64,000 nt of DNA. Origin: an uncultured Gammaproteobacteria bacterium. Lineage in GTDB: Bacteria; Patescibacteriota; Patescibacteriia; Magasanikbacterales; UBA922. Below are positions 26,191-35,901 of the stretch, piece by piece; position 1 is the stretch's first letter, and each line of letters starts with the position of its first letter. Location of the stretch: contig CAZFTR010000005.1 of the NCBI GenBank assembly GCA_964522405.1, positions 7,747-71,746 of the forward strand, written 5' to 3'. The notes below the pieces were generated by a model. It saw only the letters and a program-made list of their open reading frames with translations, was not told where the DNA came from and did not search any database. A program made the translations under genes and the position numbers.

Positions 26191-27966
26191 TTAGTTTTTC
26201 TTCAAATCACTTATAGTCAACTGCAACTCACGATTTCCATTCCATTCATTTATATCTACTTCAAAAACCATGTCTATTTTATCTCCAGGTTTGAGAATTC
26301 TTGACCAGTCTTTTCCATCTCCTTTCTGTGTATCTGAAAGATTCCAACCAATTGTTTTTCTAACTATATGATTGTTGTGTTTAACCAAAATTCTCAAGTG
26401 TTTTCCTTCTTTTCCAACCGGTTCAATTTTGTGAACTGTTAGCCCTTCTGCTAAATATTTTGGTTTGGGATTTGCTTGTCCAAATGGTTTGAAATGGTCT
26501 AGTACATCATAAAATTTCCAATCCACATCTTCTAAGTTTATTTTTGCATCAATGTCCAGGTATGCATTTATATCTGAATCTTTTGTTTGTAAATCAAATT
26601 TTTCTAAAAGTTTTTTCTTGAACTCCTCAAGTGTCTCTGGACTTGCAAGTGTAAAACCACAAGCCATTGGATGTCCACCAAATTTTTTGAACATTTCCGG
26701 CATGCTTTGTAGCGCTTCTATCATATTAAAGGCAGGCATACTTCTGCATGATCCGGTTATTTCTTCTTTGTTCATGGTCATGGCAACGGTTGGTTTGCTA
26801 TATTTTTCTTTTATTCTTCCTGAGATAAGTCCCAGAATTCCTGTCATCCAGTGAGATTTATAAACAAATAGCACTTCTTTTTTGTCCAATCCTTCATTGT
26901 TTATTTGTGAGATTGCTTCGTTTACATATTCTTCGGTCATGTCGCGCCTTTCTTTGTTGTTTTGTTCAAGCTCAAAGGCTAGATCAACTGCGTCAGTGGC
27001 ACTTTCTGTTACAAATAATTTATAACCAACATTGGCATGATTGATTCTGCCTGCTGCATTTATTCTCGGTGCTATTCGAAATCCTATTGAATGTGCATCT
27101 AGCTCTTTGGTTAAAACACCTTCCTGATCCATTAGTTTTATTTCCATTAGCAATTTTTTCATTCCCACTCGTCGAGCTTTATTTAGAACTATAAGACCAA
27201 ATTTTGTCAGGGTTCTAGATTCACCAATCAGTGGAACCATGTCAGCAACACTTGAAATTGCTACCATGTCCAGTAACCATTTTTCAAATGCTTCATGTTT
27301 TTCCCCGTTTGGAAGTACTTCGTGTTTTTCTTTGTGTTTTTTTAGAATTGCTTGAACATATTTAAAAGCAACCGCGCCTCCTGCAAGCCCTTTATCTGGG
27401 TAAGATTCTCCTTCAACTTTAGGATGGATAATTGCATAAGCAGGGGGAAGTTGGTCTGGAATACTGTGATGATCTGTGACAATTACATCAATTCCCAGCT
27501 GATTTGCAAGTTCTACTTCTTCTTTATTACTAACACCACAATCACAAGTAATAATTAAGTTTGTACCTTGTTCATTTAGGTAATTAATTGTTTTTTTGTT
27601 AAGTCCGTATCCATCTATATCCCTGTGTGGAAGAAAGACATCAAAATTATCATGACCAAGTGCTTTTAAAATTGAATGAAGAATTACTGATCCTGAAACT
27701 CCATCAGCATCATAATCTCCATGAATTGTTATTTTTTGGTTATTTTCTACAGCTTCAAAAAGCCGATCAACAGCTTTTTCCATATCTTGAAACAAGAAGG
27801 GATCATGAACATCCTGAGAATAATCTGGATGCAGAAATTCATCTATTTGTTCTTGGGTATGTAGATTTCGGTGATAGAGTAATGCTGCTACGCCACGAGG
27901 AAGTTCTGGATGAGATTCAAAAAATGACTCAGGCGGGTCTGGCAATACATTCCAGATTTTTTGCAT
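26191..27966 (-). CDS. recJ: single-stranded-DNA-specific exonuclease RecJ
   Basis: DHH motifs HGDYDADGVSG and DHH; DHHA1 GGHPMACGF. Confidence 0.85.
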   Translation of the reverse strand: MQKIWNVLPDPPESFFESHPELPRGVAALLYHRNLHTQEQIDEFLHPDYSQDVHDPFLFQDMEKAVDRLFEAVENNQKITIHGDYDADGVSGSVILHSILKALGHDNFDVFLPHRDIDGYGLNKKTINYLNEQGTNLIITCDCGVSNKEEVELANQLGIDVIVTDHHSIPDQLPPAYAIIHPKVEGESYPDKGLAGGAVAFKYVQAILKKHKEKHEVLPNGEKHEAFEKWLLDMVAISSVADMVPLIGESRTLTKFGLIVLNKARRVGMKKLLMEIKLMDQEGVLTKELDAHSIGFRIAPRINAAGRINHANVGYKLFVTESATDAVDLAFELEQNNKERRDMTEEYVNEAISQINNEGLDKKEVLFVYKSHWMTGILGLISGRIKEKYSKPTVAMTMNKEEITGSCRSMPAFNMIEALQSMPEMFKKFGGHPMACGFTLASPETLEEFKKKLLEKFDLQTKDSDINAYLDIDAKINLEDVDWKFYDVLDHFKPFGQANPKPKYLAEGLTVHKIEPVGKEGKHLRILVKHNNHIVRKTIGWNLSDTQKGDGKDWSRILKPGDKIDMVFEVDINEWNGNRELQLTISDLKKN

Positions 27967-28030
27967 AAATAGTAATAGTTGACAGTTTACAGTTAATAGT
28001 TTTGAGTGGTGAACGGTGATTGGTTTGGAT
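27967..28030. promoter_or_regulatory. heptamer array directly upstream of recJ (minus strand reads aaaacta-ttaactg-taaactg-tcaacta)
   Basis: Plus strand tagttgacagtttacagttaatagtttt; array abuts the recJ start codon. Confidence 0.5.
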
Positions 28031-28146
28031 TTGTTGATTTTAGTAAAATGCTGGGAGGACTGTGAAGAAGATCATTCCGAGAATTGCGACTACGCTGATT
28101 ACAAGCCAGAGTGTTTTGAATTTTTTGGAGTTGTACATAGATTTAA

Positions 28147-28726
28147 GGGGTATTCGGATTTACGGATAATCCTGATAATCCGGATGTTTAATTAGAATTG
28201 TTTTTCAAGTCTTGAACCAACTTTAGCTTTTTATTATAATTATAAAATTTTTCTATCATTTAATTTGTCTCTTTATCAATTTTGTTTTCTAGCTCTTTGA
28301 TTGATTTTTTCATTGCACTTGTTATTTTAAAAAAGTGGAATTTCATAGTAGTGTCATCTGTTCTCTTTTTTTTATCACCCATCATTTCATCGAAATTATC
28401 ACCAACTTCTTTTGGAAAAGTAACCTTGAAATCAGCAATCATTTCGCAAGAGTAACTATTTTTTGCCATCGAAGAGCTTAGTTCTTCGATGACTTTTTTG
28501 TATTTATTTTCTAAATCGCGTTTCCTTTTGTAAAGCCTCTCAATTTTGATGGTTTTTTTCCATTTTTTATATTCTACATTTAAAGTAATAATGGGTGTTA
28601 TGCTTGCAATTAGGCCACCAATTAAAACTCCTAATAATGTCTCTGACATATATAAATTAAATTTTATTCTATTTAACCCCAGCAATCATCCGGATTATCA
28701 GGATTATCCGTAAATCCGAATACCCC
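28147..28726. mobile_element. MITE-like cassette: 40-bp perfect terminal inverted repeats (Family A) flanking one small gene
   Basis: ggggtattcggatttacggataatcctgataatccggatg at 28147-28186 and its exact reverse complement at 28687-28726. Confidence 0.55.
28260..28649 (-). CDS. hypothetical small protein inside the inverted-repeat cassette (N-terminal TM helix, charged coiled-coil tail)
   Basis: ATG at 28649 gives MSETLLGVLIGGLIASITPIITL...; the ORF-track TTG start at 28685 runs into the repeat. Confidence 0.4.
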   Translation of the reverse strand: MSETLLGVLIGGLIASITPIITLNVEYKKWKKTIKIERLYKRKRDLENKYKKVIEELSSSMAKNSYSCEMIADFKVTFPKEVGDNFDEMMGDKKKRTDDTTMKFHFFKITSAMKKSIKELENKIDKETN

Positions 28727-28760
28727 CAAGCCAGTTTCATCAACTCATTAACGGTTTGTA

Positions 28761-30551
28761 TTACCTCTTTAACACCGCCAAATAAGCCTCAGTTGGAATA
28801 TCAACCTTACCTTTTCCCATAGCCATCATTTTCTTTTTTCCTTTTTTCTGTTTTTCTAGGAGTTTTCGTTTTCGAGTTACATCACCACCATACAGTTTTG
28901 CTGTAACATCTTTTCGAAGAGCTGAAAGTCTTTCTCCGGCAATAATTTTTCCGCCAATTGCAGCTTGAATTTTGATCACAAATTGCTGTTTTGGTAATGT
29001 TTCTTTAAGAGATTTTACAATTTTCTTTCCGGTTGCAAATGATTGATCTCTCCAAACTAGACTTGAAAGCGCTTCTACCGGTTCTTCTGAAACAAGTATA
29101 TCCATTTTCACTACATCAGCTTTTAGGTATTCTTTGAATTCATAGTTTAAAGATCCATAACCGCTGGTCACAGTTTTTAGTTTATCATAAAAATCTGTTA
29201 TTAGCGAAGCAAGAGGCATTTCATAGTGGAGCATGGCGCGCTGGTCTGATCCTGCGCTTAAATACTCAGTTGTCAGGTATTTTCCTTTTCTTTCAGAGAC
29301 AAGTCCCATGACATTTCCAATATAATCTTGGGGTACAATTATGTCTACTGTCATCCAGGGTTCTTCGATATGATCAATTTGCTGAACTTCCGGGAGCTCT
29401 TGCGGGCTTTTGATAGTCAGTTCTTCTCCATTGGTTTTAAAAATATGATAAGCAACACTTGGAACTGTGGCAATGATATGAAGTCCAAATTCTCGCCAAA
29501 GACGCTCCTGGAAAATTTCCAGATGAAGCATTCCCAAGAACCCACACCTGAAACCAAATCCAAGCGCTTGTGAGTGTTCCGGTTCATAACTTAGGGCAGA
29601 GTCACTTAATTTTAGTCGATCCATTGCCTCGCGAAGCGCTGAATAATCATCTCCTTCTTGAGGAAAAATTCCAGCAAAAACCATGGGTTTTACTTCTTTG
29701 TATCCTGGAAGTGCTTCTTCTGCGCGATCTTTTTCAAGTGTAACCGTGTCACCAACCCGAACATTTCCCAACTCTTTTAATCCTGTAACTATATATCCAA
29801 TTTGTCCGTTTTCAAGGATCGTATCGGCAACTAGGGCAGGTGAGTAGTGCCCGGTTTCTAGGATTTCAACCGATGTTTTTGATCCCATGAAATATACCTT
29901 ATCTCCTTTTTTGAGTTCTCCGTCTTGCATACGAACTGAAGCAATAACTCCACGATAATCATCATAAAAAGAATCAAAAATCATTGCTCGAGGTTTGGCA
30001 GCATCAATTTTCTCTGGGGCAGGAACTTGTTCAATAACTGCCTCAAGAATTTGCTCCACACCTTCTCCTGTTTTTCCGGAAGCGTGGAGTATTTCTTCTT
30101 TTTTGCATCCAAGCAGGTGAATTAGTTCTGCACTGGCTTTTTCAACGTCAGCATTAGGAAGATCAATTTTGTTTAAAACAGGGATAATTTTAAGGTCTTG
30201 TTCTAGAGCCAGATAGAGATTGGCGATAGTTTGCGCTTGTACTCCCTGGCTAGCGTCAACTAGAAGAATTGCTCCTTCTACTGCAGCAAGTGACCTAGAA
30301 ACTTCGTATGTAAAATCTACATGGCCCGGAGTATCGATCAGGTTCATGGTATAGCCTTTGTAATTCATGCGAACGGGCTGGAGTTTGATGGTGATTCCGC
30401 GTTCTTGCTCCAGTTCCATGGTGTCGAGAAGTTGATCTTTCATTTTTCGTTCATCTATTGTCCCTGTAACCTCAAGAAATCTATCTGCTAAGGTAGATTT
30501 TCCATGGTCTATATGTGCGATTATACAGAAATTTCGGATCTGTTGGTTCAT
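28761..30551 (-). CDS. lepA: elongation factor 4 (LepA)
   Basis: IRNFCIIAHIDHGKSTLADR G1 motif, DTPGHVDF, NKID; start moved to MNQQIRNF by comparison with the usual LepA N-terminus. Confidence 0.9.
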   Translation of the reverse strand: MNQQIRNFCIIAHIDHGKSTLADRFLEVTGTIDERKMKDQLLDTMELEQERGITIKLQPVRMNYKGYTMNLIDTPGHVDFTYEVSRSLAAVEGAILLVDASQGVQAQTIANLYLALEQDLKIIPVLNKIDLPNADVEKASAELIHLLGCKKEEILHASGKTGEGVEQILEAVIEQVPAPEKIDAAKPRAMIFDSFYDDYRGVIASVRMQDGELKKGDKVYFMGSKTSVEILETGHYSPALVADTILENGQIGYIVTGLKELGNVRVGDTVTLEKDRAEEALPGYKEVKPMVFAGIFPQEGDDYSALREAMDRLKLSDSALSYEPEHSQALGFGFRCGFLGMLHLEIFQERLWREFGLHIIATVPSVAYHIFKTNGEELTIKSPQELPEVQQIDHIEEPWMTVDIIVPQDYIGNVMGLVSERKGKYLTTEYLSAGSDQRAMLHYEMPLASLITDFYDKLKTVTSGYGSLNYEFKEYLKADVVKMDILVSEEPVEALSSLVWRDQSFATGKKIVKSLKETLPKQQFVIKIQAAIGGKIIAGERLSALRKDVTAKLYGGDVTRKRKLLEKQKKGKKKMMAMGKGKVDIPTEAYLAVLKR

Positions 30552-30689
30552 AAGTTTTATTGAATTCTGGGTTATTTTATCTATTTTTAGATAAAAAATC
30601 AAGTCTTGGCAACTTGCTACTTTGATTGCTCTTAGAGAGTGATTTGAGATACATTAGTATTTACAGATAAATTTCTAATATTATCTATT

Positions 30690-31412
30690 TTAGATAGGAA
30701 ATAATAAAAATTTCAATCCTGCCAACAAAAGAAACAATGCTACTATTGTTCGAAATTTTTGCTGAGGAATGCGGTCGCTTAGTTTTTTGGCAACTCCGGC
30801 TCCTGCAAATGACATGGGAATAAACAACAAAAATCCCCAGAGAAATTGCTGTTCAAGCGTAACATTGTTGTATATATACGTGGCTATGCGTGTGGAATCT
30901 ATAAATAATGCTATTGCTCCCATGGCTGAGATATAAACAGCCTTGGGCAGGTCAAAAGCTGACAAAAAAACTCCTCTTATAGCTCCACCAACACCAAATA
31001 TTCCGGCAAAGAATCCGGATAATCCACCTCCACTTATTGCCGTTGCCGTGTTTCTGGGTATTTTGAATTTTGGTTTTAAAAAAAGGAAAACAACATAAGC
31101 AAGTAAAAAAATTCCTAAGATTTGTGAGAGGAGTTTTTCAGAGACAGTAAATACTATACTTGCCCCCAAATAACTGGCAAGAATACCTGCAATTCCAAAT
31201 TTAAGTACAAGTTCCCATCTGAAGCCTTTTCTAAAAAATAATATTTTCCAAATATCACTAAACCAGTGGATAATCCCAACTAGTAACAGAGTTTGAGGGA
31301 GAGGTAAAGACAATAAAAGAAGCGGTATCATAATTGTTGATGTGCCAAAACCGGTAAGTGTACCAACGCCACCGGCAAAGAATGTTAATAGGGCGATATA
31401 GATTATTTCCAT
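30690..31412 (-). CDS. TSUP/TauE-SafE family membrane transporter
   Basis: 240 aa, two 4-TM repeats, Gly-rich helices GGAIRGVFL. Confidence 0.5.
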   Translation of the reverse strand: MEIIYIALLTFFAGGVGTLTGFGTSTIMIPLLLLSLPLPQTLLLVGIIHWFSDIWKILFFRKGFRWELVLKFGIAGILASYLGASIVFTVSEKLLSQILGIFLLAYVVFLFLKPKFKIPRNTATAISGGGLSGFFAGIFGVGGAIRGVFLSAFDLPKAVYISAMGAIALFIDSTRIATYIYNNVTLEQQFLWGFLLFIPMSFAGAGVAKKLSDRIPQQKFRTIVALFLLLAGLKFLLFPI

Positions 31413-31425
31413 ATTTTTAATTATT

Positions 31426-32157
31426 TTAAGATTTTTTTTCAGCCCTTATTCGAATCCCGGCTCCCCAAAATTTATCAAGAAGAAATCCAAGCGGTAAGGT
31501 AAAAATCCAAATTGGAAAAAGATACTTAAGTTTGGTTTGAAAAAGATTTGGACGAAATAATTGATAAAATAAAGTAAGTGGAAGTGGTAGAATCTGTTCA
31601 TAATATGTATTTCTCAAACACTTGGCATTTCTTTTGAAAAGAGACTTTAATTCAAAATAAAGTGCTGCATTATGTCTTTCAGTTGAAATATTTTTAAATC
31701 CTGCTTTTTGCAGTCCTTTTTTTATTTCTGATCCATTGAAAAAGTCTATATGACCAATTTCTAGCCAATAATTTGGTCTGAGCTTTAGTAGTTTTTCTTC
31801 GGATTTAAAATAGGGGACAGTAATATATAGTTTTGTGCCAGAAGTTAAGTTTTCCAAATTTGAAATCACTTCTTGCCAATTTTCAATATGCTCCAGAACT
31901 TCGGTACAAATCACTTTTTTTATATTTGAAAATTTACTAAAATCTGTTTTTGAAATATCTCCAATCTCAAAACTTCCATTGGGCATTTTTTCTTGGCAGA
32001 TTTTGATATTTTCTGGATCAAGATCAATTCCAACTACATTGAATTTTCCATAAAATTTTAGAAGTTCATTTCCTGTTCCACATCCAAGATCTAAAATAGT
32101 ATTTTTCATAGTATGTTTTCTATAGGTTTCTACGATATTTGTGCATTTTTCTAACAT
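31426..32157 (-). CDS. class I SAM-dependent methyltransferase
   Basis: ILDLGCGTGNELL motif I and VIGIDLD motif II. Confidence 0.65.
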   Translation of the reverse strand: MLEKCTNIVETYRKHTMKNTILDLGCGTGNELLKFYGKFNVVGIDLDPENIKICQEKMPNGSFEIGDISKTDFSKFSNIKKVICTEVLEHIENWQEVISNLENLTSGTKLYITVPYFKSEEKLLKLRPNYWLEIGHIDFFNGSEIKKGLQKAGFKNISTERHNAALYFELKSLFKRNAKCLRNTYYEQILPLPLTLFYQLFRPNLFQTKLKYLFPIWIFTLPLGFLLDKFWGAGIRIRAEKKS

Positions 32158-32225
32158 TTTACTTAACGAGAGAATCTATTGATATAGTACACGAATTTAC
32201 AAGCTGTCAACAATTTGCAAACAAT

Positions 32226-32320
32226 CGTCATTCCGAACCAGTGTAACTGGTGAGGAATCCCTTGTTTAATTTGGTCGTTTATCTTTCTGAAAGGGATCCC
32301 TCGCGATACTCGGGATGACG
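32226..32320. repeat. Family B MITE-like element, copy 3 (opposite orientation)
   Basis: cgtcattccgaacc ... ttctgaaagggatccctcgcgatactcgggatgacg. Confidence 0.5.
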
Positions 32321-32351
32321 GCTCTGCCTACTATCATCTATTTACTGTAAA

Positions 32352-33953
32352 CTATGTTTTTATGTGAGAATCTGACCCAACAAAACGCAACCATCTTCTT
32401 CTCAGACTTTTTTGGAATAATTGCATTTCTTCAACTCTAAGTAGGTGAGTGAGAGCGCCATAAACTAAAAGACCTATGGTTCCGGCTATAAATCCTTGAA
32501 TCAAAATTCCCCAAAATCTGGTCATATCTACAATTTGGGCAAGTGGAATTTTTGCATATTGCACGATCACTGCCATAACCATAGCGCTAATTGAAATTTT
32601 ATATAAACTGTTTAACATTTGATATTCATTGAGAGTTCCAATTTTCCTGCGCAAAAACAACCACATCACTGCAAACTGAACTGTCATAGATATTGAAAAA
32701 GCAAAAGCAAGCCCTTGTACTCCGTAAATATCTTTTAGATAAAGACTTAAGAAAAGATTTAATATCACAGCTCCAAGACTGACTAAAAATGGTGTCCAAG
32801 TGTCATGAATTGCGTAAAATGCTCTGGCTAGAACCAGTATCAAACACTGTGCAAAGAGTGATAGTACAAAAAAAGCAAGAGTGTCAGCAGTCAGAATAGT
32901 TGCTTCCCATCCAAATTGACCAGAGCCGAGGACTACACGAACTATCTGCGCGCGAAGTAATAGAAAAACCACAGTAACCGGAACAATAAAAAAAACTATT
33001 TGTCGAATAGTTAGTGATAGGTTTGCTACCAGTTCTTTGTATTTGTTTTCTGCAGCCAGTTTTGCCAGAGTTGGAAAAGCAGCAATGGCAAATGAATGTC
33101 CAATTAGTCCCACTGCAAAGTACTGAAGATTATTTGCAAAATTAAATACGGCAATACTTCCAACAGCCATGGTTGAGGCAATTACAGTTATAATTAACAT
33201 ATTCATTTGAACCGTTGCCAGTCCAAGTGTTCTCGGTATAATCAATTTCCCAATTTTTCTAACCAGTGGATCTTTCCATTGAGTAATGAGTTGGTATTTA
33301 AATCCATAATGTCGGATGGCAGGGATTTGAATAGACACATGAAGCATTGCGCCAAGTACAACACCCCAAGCCAGACCGGAAATTCCCAGGATTGGAACTA
33401 GAAATACTGCACCGGTAATAATTCCAAAATTATATAGAATTGGACTTATGGCAAAAACAACAAAGTTTTTGAAGGAATGAAGAACGCTGCTGATAACACT
33501 GCTTACAGAGAGTAGTATTGGACTTAAAAACATTATCCGTGTAAGTGTGATAGTTGTTTGTAGTTTCTCTCCGGAAAATCCCGGAACTACAAATTTCATT
33601 AGCTGAGGTGTAAAGATGAAGAGAGCCGTACAAACCAGGATAAAACTAATTAATATTATATTTAAAACGCTACTGGTTACTTCCCAGGCTTTTTTCTTGT
33701 TTTGATGATAAATTTTTAAAAATACAGGTATAAAGCCGGCTGAAAGAGCTCCGGCAATAAGTAAATTAAAAACCAGATCAGGAATACGAAATGCTGCATA
33801 GTATGCATCCAGGATTTCTCCTGCGCCAAAATGGTGGGCAAAAATTCTATCGCGAATAACTCCGACTATACGACTAAGAAAAGACGCCGCCCCTAGAATT
33901 ATGGCAGCGCCTGTTATGGTTTTTGATTGTGATGAAAAAAGACGTTTGATCAT
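32352..33953 (-). CDS. murJ: lipid II flippase MurJ (MviN family)
   Basis: 533 aa, 14 TM helices, N-terminal ILGAASFLSRIVGVIRDRIFAHHFGAG MurJ pattern. Confidence 0.75.
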   Translation of the reverse strand: MIKRLFSSQSKTITGAAIILGAASFLSRIVGVIRDRIFAHHFGAGEILDAYYAAFRIPDLVFNLLIAGALSAGFIPVFLKIYHQNKKKAWEVTSSVLNIILISFILVCTALFIFTPQLMKFVVPGFSGEKLQTTITLTRIMFLSPILLSVSSVISSVLHSFKNFVVFAISPILYNFGIITGAVFLVPILGISGLAWGVVLGAMLHVSIQIPAIRHYGFKYQLITQWKDPLVRKIGKLIIPRTLGLATVQMNMLIITVIASTMAVGSIAVFNFANNLQYFAVGLIGHSFAIAAFPTLAKLAAENKYKELVANLSLTIRQIVFFIVPVTVVFLLLRAQIVRVVLGSGQFGWEATILTADTLAFFVLSLFAQCLILVLARAFYAIHDTWTPFLVSLGAVILNLFLSLYLKDIYGVQGLAFAFSISMTVQFAVMWLFLRRKIGTLNEYQMLNSLYKISISAMVMAVIVQYAKIPLAQIVDMTRFWGILIQGFIAGTIGLLVYGALTHLLRVEEMQLFQKSLRRRWLRFVGSDSHIKT

Positions 33954-34092
33954 TTTTTGGTATTCAATTTGTGTAAGTATATATTATAAAATGAAACGTT
34001 AGGCGATCAATTTAATTTGATGGTTAAATTATTTCCATAGAGCCCGGTTGAGTTTTATAATATATACTTACACAAATTGAACTGGCTATATA

Positions 34093-35013
34093 TTACAACC
34101 ATTTTCTTTTTTTCAAGATCCAAATCGTAGAAAGAATAAGCGCTAAAAGTCCGATAAAAAATCCCCAAATCCAAGTAGGATTATTGGCAAATGGTAGTCC
34201 GGCAACATTCATACCGTAAATTCCGGATAGTAAAGTAAGAGGAAGCAATGAAACAGAAATAACAGTCAGAATACTAATCACCTTGGTAGTTTTTTGGTTG
34301 ATAATTGATTCAACAGTTAAGTGAAGTCCGCCAATTGTTTCTTTGTAAGTTTCTACTATGGCCCAAAGTTTGTCCAGGTAATCACGAATATTATCAAAAT
34401 AAATTGACAAGCTTTCGTCCATAAAGCTTTTGCGGGTATGAGAAAGATTAGACATTAAATATCTCTGCGGATCAATTATTCTTCTGAAATTCAAAACATT
34501 TCTTCTGTGAAATGCCAGTTGTTTAATTACATCATTGTCTGGTTCATCTTCAAAAATTTCATTTTCAACCGCAGAAATTTGCTTGCCAAAATTATTTAAA
34601 ATCGGTCTGGTCTCATGGAAAAATGCTTCTAAAAGTTTATATAATAAAAACCCTGAATTTTTACTCATCCAATCCTGTTTGATTTTCTTATTATTCATAC
34701 ATCGGTAAAAGAAATTTTTCATTTCTTTGCTTTTGTGATGTTGGATTGTGATTAGAAAGTTTTCCCCAACAAATATATCAACTTCCTGAGATTTTATTTG
34801 TTGGCTGCCCCCATGCCATCTTGGAGCATCTAATACCAAGAAAAGATAGTCTTCATAAACATCTATTTTAGGAGTTTGGCCTTCACTTTGAATGTCTTCA
34901 AGATCAAGTTGATGAAATTTATAGTTTTTTTTCAGGTAATCAATGGCTGAATCATCAGTCTTATCAATATTTATCCAAACTAATTTGTCTTTTTTTATTT
35001 CTTTTATAGCCAT
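34093..35013 (-). CDS. corA: magnesium/cobalt transporter CorA
   Basis: YGMNVAGLP (GMN motif) before two C-terminal TM helices. Confidence 0.85.
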   Translation of the reverse strand: MAIKEIKKDKLVWINIDKTDDSAIDYLKKNYKFHQLDLEDIQSEGQTPKIDVYEDYLFLVLDAPRWHGGSQQIKSQEVDIFVGENFLITIQHHKSKEMKNFFYRCMNNKKIKQDWMSKNSGFLLYKLLEAFFHETRPILNNFGKQISAVENEIFEDEPDNDVIKQLAFHRRNVLNFRRIIDPQRYLMSNLSHTRKSFMDESLSIYFDNIRDYLDKLWAIVETYKETIGGLHLTVESIINQKTTKVISILTVISVSLLPLTLLSGIYGMNVAGLPFANNPTWIWGFFIGLLALILSTIWILKKRKWL

Positions 35014-35037
35014 ATTTGAATAATTAAGCCTAAAATT

Positions 35038-35739
35038 TTATTTTTCTTCTTGGTTTTTTTCTAAATCAACTGTAACTGTTACAGCAACCAGATCAGTTTC
35101 AACTGTGTCTTTTTTGTCTCTTATATATACCAAACCATCAATTGTGTCAAGACTGAAAGTGAATTGACTTACAGTGTCTGTCTTACTGACCAACCCTATA
35201 TCAAAGCCTTTTTTCTCTAGTTCGCTCATATAGTATTCTTCAATAAAATCAGCTTTTGAGCTAAGTAATGTCCACTCAATCTTATAAACATCTCGGTGAT
35301 CTGCAACCGGAGCTTTCATAAAAGCAATTAACTTTTTCCAGGCAGTTTTCAAAGTGCCGGCATCTGAGTCTTCATCTTCCAATTCAGGTATAAAAGAATT
35401 GTCTTTGTCTATGGCAACCAAAACAGGAGATATGAACAATTTAGGCAAAAATGCTGCATATTCTGCGCCTTTGTTTCTTTCTTGTCCTATAGTAATTTCA
35501 ATTTTTTCAATTCCTTTTTCATTGTAGAGCGGCACTGTATCTGTAAAATTATCCGGCAGATCTTTTATTTCTCTGGTTTGTGGTCCAAGTGTAAATTTGA
35601 GGAGTATTAGCGAGATGACAATTATAATGGTTACGCATCCAAGTCCGGTAAAACAGCTTCTTCTAAGGCAGGAACGCTTTCTTGTTAATTCTTCAAGAGG
35701 GGGTTCTTTAATTTCTATCTTGTCTATTTTGCTGCGCAT
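35038..35739 (-). CDS. hypothetical membrane-anchored protein
   Basis: 233 aa, single N-terminal TM helix. Confidence 0.35.
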   Translation of the reverse strand: MRSKIDKIEIKEPPLEELTRKRSCLRRSCFTGLGCVTIIIVISLILLKFTLGPQTREIKDLPDNFTDTVPLYNEKGIEKIEITIGQERNKGAEYAAFLPKLFISPVLVAIDKDNSFIPELEDEDSDAGTLKTAWKKLIAFMKAPVADHRDVYKIEWTLLSSKADFIEEYYMSELEKKGFDIGLVSKTDTVSQFTFSLDTIDGLVYIRDKKDTVETDLVAVTVTVDLEKNQEEK

Positions 35740-35901
35740 AAATTAGCTTTTTTAAATTAGACTATAACTATAAGATAAAAAATCGTTGCACACGATTGGA
35801 GTTATTATATCAACAAAAGGGGAGCGTGTACAGGTTTGCTTTTAGTTTATATGGTATACTAATTTGCAGTAGATTTTTTAATTTAATTATGAGCTAAAAA
35901 T

